A DNA stretch of 45,083 nucleotides from SAR86 cluster bacterium (lineage in GTDB: Bacteria; Pseudomonadota; Gammaproteobacteria; Magnimaribacterales; TMED112), in the NCBI GenBank assembly GCA_004321845.1, contig SHBL01000002.1, positions 1 to 45,083 of the forward strand, written 5' to 3'. The position numbers were made by a program, and so were the translations under genes. Positions within the stretch are counted from its first letter, which is position 1, and the number at the start of each line of letters is the position of its first letter. Under the pieces are notes generated by a model, which was not told the origin of the DNA, made no database searches, and saw only the letters and a program-made list of their open reading frames with translations. This document shows positions 8,919-17,913 of this stretch, piece by piece.

Positions 8919-10844
8919 TATCTCTTTTCTCTTAGTTCCTGATTCCATAGCGAACTGTGCTAAGACTTTAAGCATTCTATCTTTCTTGCTGCTCTGAATA
9001 ATACAAAACATTCTGTGTTTGTAGCCTACCTTTGTAATTGGTCCCTCAAAAGGTCCATAAACTTCTAGATCTTCTTGAGATAAACTTTTTTTCGACTCAA
9101 TGAGAAACTTTCTTAGTTTTGCTTGGTTAGAGTCTTCTGCTTTTAGATAAACTAAATTTATAAATGGAGCTAAATCTAATTTTTTTCTTTCTTCAAGCAG
9201 TTCTTGTGCAATTTCTTGATAATTACCGGTCTTTATTAAACTAAATAGTGGATGATCTGCCACTCTTGTCTGAAGAAAAACATTATTTTCCATTCCTGAT
9301 CTGCCAGCCCTGCCTGCAACTTGTACAATTAGTTGAGCTGTTTGTTCTTGCATATGAATATCAGCACCAAATAAGCCAAAATCTAAATTTAAAACAATCA
9401 CTAAACTTACATTTTTAAAATCATGGCCTTTCGCAAGTAATTGTGTACCTATGAAAATTTTTGGTGATGGATCCTGAAATATTGCAAAACTTTCTTCTCT
9501 CCTACCCTTACCAGAGACTGTATCTCTATCAATCCTCACTATATTTGAATTCGGCAATTTCTCAGAAAGCACTTCTTCAACTTGTTGAGTGCCAATTCCC
9601 TTATGAGTGAAATCAGAAGAGCCACATTCAGGGCAAACATTAGGTATACCCCAAACACTTTCACACCTATGGCACTTTAATCTTTTTACATTCTGGTGCA
9701 ATACAAGAGAAGTATCACAACATTTGCTTTTAGCAATCCATCCACAAGAATTACACATAAAAACTGGAGCATAGCCTCTTCTATTTAATAAAATTAGGGT
9801 CTGGTGACCGGCTGTTTCATTTGCAATAATTTTTTCAATTAGAAAGTTGGATATGCCGCTAGAAGTTGGTTTCTTATTAACATCATGTATTGTGATAATT
9901 GGCATTGGTGTATCAGATATTCTTTTTGTAAGTGAGCATTTTTCTAAATCACCATCATTAGCCTTCTTGATATTAATTAGAGAGGGTGTTGCTGATGCAT
10001 AAATAATTCTGGCAGTATCTTTATACAAGATTTTTGCAATTTCTTTAGCTTCATATCTAAAACTTTCTTGCTGTTTATACGATTGATCGTGCTCTTCATC
10101 AAATACTATTCCTCCTAAATTTCTGATTGGAAGAAAAACTGAAGACCTAGTGCCTATAATTATTTTTGGTGATTTATCCTGTGCAGCTAACCATACTTTT
10201 ATTCTTTGAATAGGGGTTAGTCCTGAATGATATAAAAATACCTTATCCCCAAAACTTGATTGAAAATCATGAAAGATTTGAGGGGTAAGAAAAATTTCTG
10301 GTACCAAGACTAGAGCACTTTTTCCTTTATTAATAAGCGAATTTATATAATGTTTATAGACCTCTGTTTTGCCCGAAGATGTTATGCCTGAAAATAAAAT
10401 TTCACCATTAGGTTTAGATTTAATTAGATCCAAGCAATTTACTTGATCTTTGGTTAATTTATGTAAATTTGTTGCAGAGGTAAGCCCTTGAGCAACTTGA
10501 AGATATTTATCTAAATCTCTCTGGTATTTAGCTTTTCTGAGGAAAGTTGGAATAAAAGATTCAATTACCACCCCTAATGGATGCATATAGTGTTCAGATA
10601 TATAAATAATTTTTTTTATTGCCTCTGTTGAAAACAAAGGAGTTTCATCTAAGACTTCAATAATATTTTTTAATTTATACTTTCCATCAGCAATATCAGT
10701 GTTGTCTGTCACAATGCCAACAAGCTTCCTTCGACCAAACTCTACTAAAACCCTTTTTCCTAAAAGGTCAGAACCAGAATTATTTATATAGGTGAAGGTT
10801 TGACGTAATGGAGATGGGATGGCTACTTGAACAAAATTCATCAA
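8877..10844 (-). CDS. priA: Primosomal replication restart helicase PriA
   Basis: Walker A GITSSGKTEVY, DEEH box (VFDEEHD), and a Cys-rich zinc module CNSCGW...CHRCES...CPECGS. Divergent from an L31 gene as in E. coli and Pseudomonas. Confidence 0.95.
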   Translation of the reverse strand: MMNFVQVAIPSPLRQTFTYINNSGSDLLGKRVLVEFGRRKLVGIVTDNTDIADGKYKLKNIIEVLDETPLFSTEAIKKIIYISEHYMHPLGVVIESFIPTFLRKAKYQRDLDKYLQVAQGLTSATNLHKLTKDQVNCLDLIKSKPNGEILFSGITSSGKTEVYKHYINSLINKGKSALVLVPEIFLTPQIFHDFQSSFGDKVFLYHSGLTPIQRIKVWLAAQDKSPKIIIGTRSSVFLPIRNLGGIVFDEEHDQSYKQQESFRYEAKEIAKILYKDTARIIYASATPSLINIKKANDGDLEKCSLTKRISDTPMPIITIHDVNKKPTSSGISNFLIEKIIANETAGHQTLILLNRRGYAPVFMCNSCGWIAKSKCCDTSLVLHQNVKRLKCHRCESVWGIPNVCPECGSSDFTHKGIGTQQVEEVLSEKLPNSNIVRIDRDTVSGKGRREESFAIFQDPSPKIFIGTQLLAKGHDFKNVSLVIVLNLDFGLFGADIHMQEQTAQLIVQVAGRAGRSGMENNVFLQTRVADHPLFSLIKTGNYQEIAQELLEERKKLDLAPFINLVYLKAEDSNQAKLRKFLIESKKSLSQEDLEVYGPFEGPITKVGYKHRMFCIIQSSKKDRMLKVLAQFAMESGTKRKEISNWVLDIDPINAI

Positions 10845-10897
10845 TTTATTGTAATAGAAAAATTATTTGATATTATTTCACATTCAAATTAGAAGTT

Positions 10898-11149
10898 ATG
10901 AAAAAAGAAATACATCCAGAATCTCGTTATGTTTTGTTTCACGATACAAGTGTGGATAAACATTTCTTAATTCGAACGACTTTAAATACTTCTCAAACCA
11001 AAGAATGGGAAGACGGGAAGACATATCCGTATTATCCCATTGAAACTTCATCTGCTTCTCATCCTTTCTATACTGGTCAACAAAAGATTCTTGATACTGG
11101 CGGAAGAGTACAAAGGTTTGAAAAGAAATTTGGTAAAACTGCTAAGTAA
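10898..11149 (+). CDS. rpmE2: 50S ribosomal protein L31, type B (cysteine-free, Zn-independent)
   Basis: [20 protein letters not shown]...[10 protein letters not shown] matches the type B (YkgM-like) pattern. The 83-aa product contains no cysteine. Confidence 0.85.
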   Translation: MKKEIHPESRYVLFHDTSVDKHFLIRTTLNTSQTKEWEDGKTYPYYPIETSSASHPFYTGQQKILDTGGRVQRFEKKFGKTAK

Positions 11150-11594
11150 TACCTGTACTGCCAAAGCCTTTTGACCCTCTATCTGTCTCGGTAAATTCAT
11201 CTACCTGTTCTAAATCTACTTGATCAACTCTTATAACCACAAGTTGAGCTACTCTTTCTCCAGCATTAATCGTTATTTCGTCATTGGATCTATTCCACAA
11301 AGATATGCTCAGTGGCCCCTGGTAATCTGAATCTATTAATCCGAGCAGATTTCCACACACAAGACCTTTCTTTGCTCCTAAGCCTGATCTTGGGATCACA
11401 ATGCCTGCAAATTTTGGATTTTCTATAAATATAGATATCCCTGATGAAATAATTGTAGACTCATTGGGTTTTAGCACTATTTTATTATCAATACACGCCA
11501 GTAAATCAAGCCCAGCTGAACCGGCTGTTTGATATTTAGGTGTTGCAAATTCATTGCCTATTCTTTGGTCAAGAATTTTAAATTTTAGTTTCAT
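11142..11594 (-). CDS. dut: dUTP diphosphatase
   Basis: Trimeric dUTPase motifs [20 protein letters not shown] and C-terminal [10 protein letters not shown]. Confidence 0.95.
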   Translation of the reverse strand: MKLKFKILDQRIGNEFATPKYQTAGSAGLDLLACIDNKIVLKPNESTIISSGISIFIENPKFAGIVIPRSGLGAKKGLVCGNLLGLIDSDYQGPLSISLWNRSNDEITINAGERVAQLVVIRVDQVDLEQVDEFTETDRGSKGFGSTGIT

Positions 11595-11651
11595 GAGTAG
11601 GGTATTAATTATTGCATAAAATCAATTACTATTTTATTATCATCCGTTCTT

Positions 11652-11888
11652 ATGAGTAACATATGTCAAGTAACAGGTAAAAAGGCAATGGTAGGCAATC
11701 ATGTCTCCCATGCTAAAAACCGTGTAAAAAGATTATTTAAACCAAATTTGCACAAGCATAAATTCTGGGTTGAATCTGAAAATAAATTTGTAACTTTAAC
11801 GCTCTCAGTAAAGGGTATGCGTATAATCGATAAAAATGGTATTGACGCTGTCTTAAAAGATATGAGATCTAAAGGCATCAAAGTTTAA
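11652..11888 (+). CDS. rpmB: 50S ribosomal protein L28
   Basis: 78 aa; [33 protein letters not shown] is the canonical L28 N-terminus. Confidence 0.95.
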   Translation: MSNICQVTGKKAMVGNHVSHAKNRVKRLFKPNLHKHKFWVESENKFVTLTLSVKGMRIIDKNGIDAVLKDMRSKGIKV

Positions 11889-11890
11889 TC

Positions 11891-12466
11891 TTGCTTCTAC
11901 TAGCTTCTGCATCCCAAAGACGAACAGAATTATTAGACCTTATGGGTGTAAACCATAAAGTTATAGAGCAAAATTTTGATGAAGATTCAATAATTGATAA
12001 AGATCCTATAAATTGTTCACAAGCTATTGTTATTGGTAAAAATAAAAGTGCTAGAAGTCTATTAGAAAGTTCGGAAGATTGTAAACTTCCTGTATTAACA
12101 GCTGATACGTTGGTTTTCACACCAGATCAAGAAATAGTAGGCAAACCCAATGATTATGAACACTCGAGGAAACTTTTAAGGGAATTCTCAGGTAAAACAC
12201 ATAGTGTCTTTTCAACGGTAATGGTAACTTATGGTGATAATTCTCTTATAGAAACTTGTGAAACCAAAGTTTCATTTAAACTGATGACCGAAGATGAGAT
12301 AGAAGAATATGTTTTATCAGAAGAAGGGGTTGGTAAAGCAGGTGCATATGGTATTCATGGACCAGCTGGTAAATATGTTTCAAATATTATTGGCAGTTAT
12401 ACCAATGTTGTTGGCCTGCCAGTGCATGAGACTTATGAAATATTAAGAAAACTTAAGATATCTTAA
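11891..12466 (+). CDS. maf: Maf-like nucleoside triphosphate pyrophosphatase
   Basis: N-terminal LLLASASQRRTELL (Maf LASxSPRR-like) and C-terminal GAYGIHG...VVGLP. TTG start 3 nt after the rpmB stop. Confidence 0.8.
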   Translation: MLLLASASQRRTELLDLMGVNHKVIEQNFDEDSIIDKDPINCSQAIVIGKNKSARSLLESSEDCKLPVLTADTLVFTPDQEIVGKPNDYEHSRKLLREFSGKTHSVFSTVMVTYGDNSLIETCETKVSFKLMTEDEIEEYVLSEEGVGKAGAYGIHGPAGKYVSNIIGSYTNVVGLPVHETYEILRKLKIS

Positions 12467-13551
12467 TTTTTATTTGCGTACTCTATAATTCTTTTTTTAA
12501 TGTCTGGAGCCTTATCTAAAAACTTCATGCCTGAATTAAGTATTTTTTCAGAAATGCCCTTAACGTTTCCAAAAGCTCCAAATAAGCTTTGAATGATCCA
12601 GGTCATTTGAAGATTTTTATTGTTTCGTTTCTTACTGTATGTATCTAATGCTTCCTTTTCATTTTTTAGAATAGCCATTAGGTTCTTCTCAATCTCCATA
12701 ACATCTCCAATGCCAAGATTTAACCCTTGTCCTGCCATTGGATGAAATGTATTAGCTGCATCTCCACATAACAAAATATTATCTGTATAAAGCTGCATCG
12801 CTCTTGAGTGTTTAAGTTCAAAACCGTTGCCTAATTCGACTTCAGAAAGATCTAGCCCAATATTGAAAGCCTTATTCATATTCTCTAAATCTTGCACTAT
12901 ATCGCCAGTTGAATTGGTACAGAAAATAATCGAATAAAACTCGACTTCATCATTCAAAGGCAACAAGGCTAAAGTGCCATTTTGGGTAAAATATTGTTTC
13001 GCGGTATTATTGTGTTCGGCCTTAATACAAGTCACATAAGCTTTTTGACCATAGAACCACTCTTCACTTTCAAAATCACACAATTCTCTAACTTTTGAGT
13101 TTGCTCCATCAGTTGCAAAAATATATTCTGTTTCAAAATCTTTATCAGGTGTTTTAACAATTACTTGATCGTTATTAATTATATTCAATATAGGAGAATT
13201 CCAAATAATTTCATTTTCCACTTTTTTTAGCAATTTCTTATGTAATTCTGATAAAAGGCCAATTGAAGTTACTTTTTCTTGAGTGTTTGAATCAAGGACT
13301 ATGCCTAGTTCATTTTTATGATAAAGCTCCATTTTAGTTACTGGAGTTGTCCATTTATTGAGATCTAAACTTTTATCAATTGAATTAAGAAAATGAATAG
13401 ATTCTTTTGTTAATGCAACTGTTCTATGTGGAATTTTTTTGAATTCAGTACTTTTTTCTAGAATTTTAAAAGGAATGTTGTATTTCTTTAAGACATGTCC
13501 TAACAGACATCCTATTATGCCTGCTCCAGCTATTATTACGGGTTTGGACAT
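12463..13551 (-). CDS. ubiH: FAD-dependent ubiquinone-biosynthesis hydroxylase (UbiH/UbiF/VisC family)
   Basis: N-terminal GAGIIG dinucleotide fold and family signature CGDAANTFHPMAGQGLNLGIGDV. Directly downstream of pepP as in E. coli and Pseudomonas. The exact paralog is not resolvable by eye. Confidence 0.8.
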   Translation of the reverse strand: MSKPVIIAGAGIIGCLLGHVLKKYNIPFKILEKSTEFKKIPHRTVALTKESIHFLNSIDKSLDLNKWTTPVTKMELYHKNELGIVLDSNTQEKVTSIGLLSELHKKLLKKVENEIIWNSPILNIINNDQVIVKTPDKDFETEYIFATDGANSKVRELCDFESEEWFYGQKAYVTCIKAEHNNTAKQYFTQNGTLALLPLNDEVEFYSIIFCTNSTGDIVQDLENMNKAFNIGLDLSEVELGNGFELKHSRAMQLYTDNILLCGDAANTFHPMAGQGLNLGIGDVMEIEKNLMAILKNEKEALDTYSKKRNNKNLQMTWIIQSLFGAFGNVKGISEKILNSGMKFLDKAPDIKKRIIEYANKN

Positions 13552-14849
13552 TATTCGCTCATTAATTGTTCAATCTCTTCAGCTTGAACGGGAACTTTGG
13601 CAGTTAAGTTTTCATATCCATCAGATTTCACCAGGATATCATTCTCAATTCTTACACCAATTCCTTTCCATCTTGCATCAACATCGGCTGTATCATTGAC
13701 GTAAATACCAGGCTCAATAGTCATTACCATGTCATCTTCAAATAAGATTTCTTTTCCATCTATTGAATAAGGACAATCATCATGAACATCTAGTCCCATC
13801 CAATGACCTATCTTGTGATAATAGAATTCTCTATAAAGGTTTTTCTCTAATATCTCATCAAGACTTCCTTTCAGAAGACCTATATCTTTAAGGCCTTGAG
13901 AAAGAGATTTTTCAGAGGTTTTTTGTGGATCTGTGCAAGGGTTGCCTACTTTTGCAGCATGGCAAGCAGCATTATGTGCTTCAAGCACAACGTCATATAT
14001 TGCCCTTTGCTCACCAGTAAACTTTCCATTAATTGGGTATGTTCTTGTAATATCAGATGCATACATCCCATACTCGCAACCAGCATCAACCAGAACTAAT
14101 TCACCATCTTTTATATTCTGATTATTATCTATGTAATGTAGGATACATGCCCTTTTACCACCAGCAATAATTGGGGTATAGGATGCTTCACGGGAACCAT
14201 TCATTTTAAATTCATTCAGATACATGGTCTCAAGATCGTATTCTGTCATGCCTACTTTAGCTTTTTGCATAACTGACCTATGAGAAATAGCTGCAATCTC
14301 ACAAGATTTTCTTATTAAATCGATTTCGTTTCTATCTTTAATCAATCTCATGCTGCCAAGCACATTAGAAAAGTTTTTGAGATCTATATTGCCTTGATGT
14401 CTCTCCATGCTATTTGCTTTATTGATCCAGCTTGTAACTTTTTGGTCAAATTCTAAGCTCTTACCAACTAAGGCATTAAGTGTTTTCTGTCCTCTTATTA
14501 GATTTGGCAAAATCTCATTAATTTCACTGATATCATGGGCTTCATCAAAACCAAAGTGATCTTTTGCAGCATCAGGACCCCACATAAAACCATCCCATTT
14601 TTCTAATTCAGAATTTTTCTTTCTACAAAACAATACTGATCTACCATCGCTCTGAACTGTTAATATTGAATCAGGCTCCTGAAACCCTGTTAGGTAGTAG
14701 AAGTTGCTGTCTTGTCTAAAAGGAAATGTAGTATCATTATTTCTTGATACTAGTTTTGATGAACTGAGTACTAGAATAGAATTATCTTCCATTCTTTTCG
14801 CTACTTCAGCTCTTCTGGCTTTAAATATATTTACGTTAAAATCTGACAT
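13551..14849 (-). CDS. pepP: Xaa-Pro aminopeptidase (M24B)
   Basis: 432 aa with VDAGCEYGMYASDITRT, HKIGHWMGLDVHD and TIEPGIY metal-ligand motifs. Confidence 0.9.
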   Translation of the reverse strand: MSDFNVNIFKARRAEVAKRMEDNSILVLSSSKLVSRNNDTTFPFRQDSNFYYLTGFQEPDSILTVQSDGRSVLFCRKKNSELEKWDGFMWGPDAAKDHFGFDEAHDISEINEILPNLIRGQKTLNALVGKSLEFDQKVTSWINKANSMERHQGNIDLKNFSNVLGSMRLIKDRNEIDLIRKSCEIAAISHRSVMQKAKVGMTEYDLETMYLNEFKMNGSREASYTPIIAGGKRACILHYIDNNQNIKDGELVLVDAGCEYGMYASDITRTYPINGKFTGEQRAIYDVVLEAHNAACHAAKVGNPCTDPQKTSEKSLSQGLKDIGLLKGSLDEILEKNLYREFYYHKIGHWMGLDVHDDCPYSIDGKEILFEDDMVMTIEPGIYVNDTADVDARWKGIGVRIENDILVKSDGYENLTAKVPVQAEEIEQLMSE

Positions 14850-14860
14850 AGACGGATATT

Positions 14861-15046
14861 ATGCACGAAAAAATAAAAAAATTATCAGCCTTAGTAGATA
14901 AACTTATCGAACAAAATTTTAAATTAAAAACAGAATCTAAGTCTATGAGAAATAAAATTGAAGAATTACATAGAAGAATAGAAATTCTTCAAACTGAAAA
15001 TCAATCACTAATCATTAAATCTACTGAAAATAAAAAAAATGAATAA
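14861..15046 (+). CDS. Small coiled-coil protein (ZapB/TIGR02449-like), function uncertain
   Basis: 61 aa with heptad-like Leu/Ile/Glu/Lys repeats (KLIEQNFKLKTESKSMRNKIEELHRRIEILQTENQSL). Divergent from pepP, where Pseudomonas carries small cell-division-associated genes. Coding status rests on position and periodicity only. Confidence 0.4.
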   Translation: MHEKIKKLSALVDKLIEQNFKLKTESKSMRNKIEELHRRIEILQTENQSLIIKSTENKKNE

Positions 15047-16073
15047 TCAATTCTCAGGCACGAAAGAAGTTGCTGATAACTTAGCCTTTGATTTAAATGC
15101 TCTAAATATTTTTTTGAGCAATCAAGATGCGGGCATTTCAGAAATCCACGATTATAAACAGTTTAAAGGCGGTCAATCCAATCCTACATACCTTCTTGAC
15201 TCAGAAAATAACCAGTATGTGCTTAGAAGAAAACCTCCAGGTAAATTACTTAAATCTGCACATGCTGTAGATAGAGAATATAAAGTTTTAACAGGATTAA
15301 ATAGCACTAATGTCCCAACACCAAAGACAATAGTATTATGCGAAGATGAAAGTGTAATTGGTACTGCTTTTTATCTAATGGAGTACTGTAGCGGCAATAT
15401 CTATTGGGATCCTGTTGCTTCGGAATTAGATATAACAAGAAGAAAAAAGATCTTTGATCAAATGAATCTAGGCATTTCTAGATTACATACTCAAGATTAC
15501 AAAGATATTGGATTGGAAGATTATGGAAAACCTGGCAATTATATTGAAAGACAGACCTCCAGGTGGACCAAACAATATTTTGACTCTGAAACAGAAGTTC
15601 TTAAATCAATGCATAACCTTATAGACTGGCTTCCAAAATACACTCCCGAGCAAAAATATACATCTATAGTTCATGGAGATTACAGACTTGATAATGTTGT
15701 GTTCCATGATAATGATGAAATTCAAGCAATGCTTGATTGGGAACTTTCTACTATAGGAGACCCTCTAGCAGATTTTGGTTATCACTGTATGCTTTGGCAT
15801 GTGGGTGAAATTTCTGATGACATAGCGAAAACTCTGGGCATACATAGTGAGAAAGAATATGTTGATTTATATCTTTCACGAACAAAGATGCAATTAGAAA
15901 GTGAGTGGGATTTTTATATAATTTTTTCATTATTTAAGGCTGCAGGCATATGCCAAGGAATACTTGGAAGAGTAAGAGATGGAACTGCAGCAAGTGATTT
16001 TGCTGTTGAGATGGGCAAAAGAGCAAAGATTTATGCAAATTTAGGCTGGGAGAAGGCAAAGAGAATCACATGA
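15039..16073 (+). CDS. Phosphotransferase (APH/choline-kinase-like) family protein
   Basis: Catalytic loop HGDYRLDNVVF and MLDWELSTIGDPLADF (Mg-binding D plus family motif). 344 aa. Confidence 0.75.
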   Translation: MNNQFSGTKEVADNLAFDLNALNIFLSNQDAGISEIHDYKQFKGGQSNPTYLLDSENNQYVLRRKPPGKLLKSAHAVDREYKVLTGLNSTNVPTPKTIVLCEDESVIGTAFYLMEYCSGNIYWDPVASELDITRRKKIFDQMNLGISRLHTQDYKDIGLEDYGKPGNYIERQTSRWTKQYFDSETEVLKSMHNLIDWLPKYTPEQKYTSIVHGDYRLDNVVFHDNDEIQAMLDWELSTIGDPLADFGYHCMLWHVGEISDDIAKTLGIHSEKEYVDLYLSRTKMQLESEWDFYIIFSLFKAAGICQGILGRVRDGTAASDFAVEMGKRAKIYANLGWEKAKRIT

Positions 16074-16846
16074 ATACAGAGCAATTCTTAAACAAGCTAT
16101 GGGAGAACTACATAAGCTATGCACCCTCTGCCGAAAAAATATCAAAGCTTTTTGGAGAAGAGGTTACCAATGATCATATTGCATTTAGAACACTCAATTT
16201 TGATAAATGCAGCATTGAAAAACAAGCAGACTATTTAAGCTCATATGGTTACAAAGTTTGTGGAGATTATTTCTTTGAACAAAAAAGGCTTGAGGCCATC
16301 CATCTTGAAAATGATAACCCTGTGCATCCTAAAATATTTCTTTCACAATTATTAAGTGAAGATTTTTCAGATGAACTACGCATAATAATGAAGGATGTCT
16401 TGAATGGCATGAGTGAAGAAGAGCCTGAAAAACTTTTTCTTGGTGGCAGGACTTGGAATATTGATTATAAAAAATATGAATTATTGGCCAGTGAATCTGA
16501 ATATGCTTCTTGGCTTTATGTATGGGGTTTTTGCCCCAATCACTTTACAGTATCAGTAAATCATCTAACAAGTTTTAATGAGTTAGATGCAGTTAATAAT
16601 CTTATCAAAACTAATGGATATAAATTGAATTCATCAGGTGGTGAGATTAAGGGGTCTATTGAAGAATTACTTGAACAATCCTCAACGATGGCAGATAAAG
16701 TGAGGGTGCAATTTACAGAGTTAGATACTGAAGTTCCAAGCTGTTACTACGAGTTTGCAAAAAGGTACCCAGATACAAATGGCAAACTTTATCAGGGATT
16801 TGTTTCTAAATCGGCTGACAAGATATTTGAGAGCACAAACAAATAA
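16070..16846 (+). CDS. DUF1338 (HglS/YdcJ-like metal-dependent dioxygenase superfamily) protein, short form
   Basis: NDHIAFRTLN motif near the N-terminus, typical of DUF1338. ATGA overlap with the upstream kinase gene. At 258 aa it is much shorter than HglS/YdcJ. Confidence 0.55.
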   Translation: MNTEQFLNKLWENYISYAPSAEKISKLFGEEVTNDHIAFRTLNFDKCSIEKQADYLSSYGYKVCGDYFFEQKRLEAIHLENDNPVHPKIFLSQLLSEDFSDELRIIMKDVLNGMSEEEPEKLFLGGRTWNIDYKKYELLASESEYASWLYVWGFCPNHFTVSVNHLTSFNELDAVNNLIKTNGYKLNSSGGEIKGSIEELLEQSSTMADKVRVQFTELDTEVPSCYYEFAKRYPDTNGKLYQGFVSKSADKIFESTNK

Positions 16847-16871
16847 GTTTCATCTTTGAACTATAGCTGAT

Positions 16872-17912
16872 ATGTTTGGTCTTAGTTATATGCGATATTT
16901 TTGTCTTTTCTTAATATTATTTCTTAGTGCTTGTGCACCTACTCCTGTAAAAAGAACTCCTGCGAACTCTATTTCAGAAGCTGAAGCAATAGCTAATAGA
17001 GATGACCTTACACCCATGGAACAGAGACAATTATTGCTATCTACCCCTTATGTTATTGAACTGCTGCCTAGCTTTGAAGGGGTTGTATTTTCTAATGAAC
17101 AGTCTGATATAGGCACAGATATTAAGGAATGTGTAGATTTTGGTTTGACTTATGACGTTAACCATAACCAATTTGTTCAGGAGTATATTGCCCAAAAAGA
17201 ATTAGAAGCTGGTGGTGCTGAAGAGGTTGTGGCAAGTAGTGCTGCAGCAGTTGGTGCAGGTGCTTTAGCTGCTGGTATTTTAGCAATAGCTATATTAGGG
17301 CCAATAGCTGGTTCTTTGGGAGCAGGGACAGGAACAATAGTTGGGCTTGGCACGACTGCTGCAGCTGGTGTTGCTAGCTCATTAGCAGCAACTATAGGCC
17401 CTGTAGTTTTACTCGGAGCTATAGCAGCAGAGAGTGAAAAAGCATCTATAGAAGAGAATGTTGCAGCAGATAGTAGTATCAAAGCTTTTGTTCTTAAATC
17501 CAGTGTTATTAAATGCTTAACTGAAAAGGGTTACTCATTTGATATCTATGCTTCTTTAGTCCTTTCCAACGGAGCTAATATAGGTTCGATTAATGATGAA
17601 CAAGCTGTTCAATTCTTTGAAATATATGGTGATTTAGCAGTAGCTGAATATGAAACAATAATTAATGATATAGATCCTTATACAACTCTTGAATCAGATT
17701 ATTACTACACTATGAGTGATTACGAAAAAACATCTTTAAAAGCATATTTAAAATACCTAAAAGAAAGCAAACAGCCTTTACGAGTGATGAATAAAGATGT
17801 CGCTATTGAAGCAAGCAAAATTACACAGCAAGAAGCTTTTGTTTTCTGGGATCCTTTAAGCCAAAGATTTATCTTTACAGAACAACAAAGAATAAGAGCC
17901 ACTTTAGATTGA
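16872..17912 (+). CDS. Hypothetical lipoprotein with a central Gly/Ala-rich hydrophobic (glycine-zipper-like) region
   Basis: Signal peptide plus lipobox (LFLSAC). An approximately 75-aa GxxxG/AxxxA-rich segment (AVGAGALAAGILAIAILGPIAGSLGAGTGTIVGLG...). I recognise no family. The start could instead be the Met at 16890. Confidence 0.5.
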   Translation: MFGLSYMRYFCLFLILFLSACAPTPVKRTPANSISEAEAIANRDDLTPMEQRQLLLSTPYVIELLPSFEGVVFSNEQSDIGTDIKECVDFGLTYDVNHNQFVQEYIAQKELEAGGAEEVVASSAAAVGAGALAAGILAIAILGPIAGSLGAGTGTIVGLGTTAAAGVASSLAATIGPVVLLGAIAAESEKASIEENVAADSSIKAFVLKSSVIKCLTEKGYSFDIYASLVLSNGANIGSINDEQAVQFFEIYGDLAVAEYETIINDIDPYTTLESDYYYTMSDYEKTSLKAYLKYLKESKQPLRVMNKDVAIEASKITQQEAFVFWDPLSQRFIFTEQQRIRATLD

Positions 17913-17913
17913 G

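Noticed and set aside
11612-11640. TTGCAT-17 nt-TATTAT promoter-like element upstream of rpmB
   Set aside because: The hexamers are good, but it would give a leader of only about 5 nt with no RBS. This is plausibly chance in AT-rich DNA, so I am not confident enough to annotate it.
14850-15046. Looked for zapA and the 6S RNA gene (ssrS), which lie near pepP-ubiH in E. coli and Pseudomonas
   Set aside because: There is only a 61-aa coiled-coil ORF, immediately overlapped by the kinase gene. No non-coding space of about 180 nt is available, so 6S RNA is not encoded here.
17177-17482. 101-aa minus-strand ORF rich in Ala/Pro/Thr
   Set aside because: It is antisense to the Gly/Ala-rich segment of the lipoprotein gene. 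GCN/GGN codon runs automatically keep the complementary frame open. It has no start context or family resemblance.
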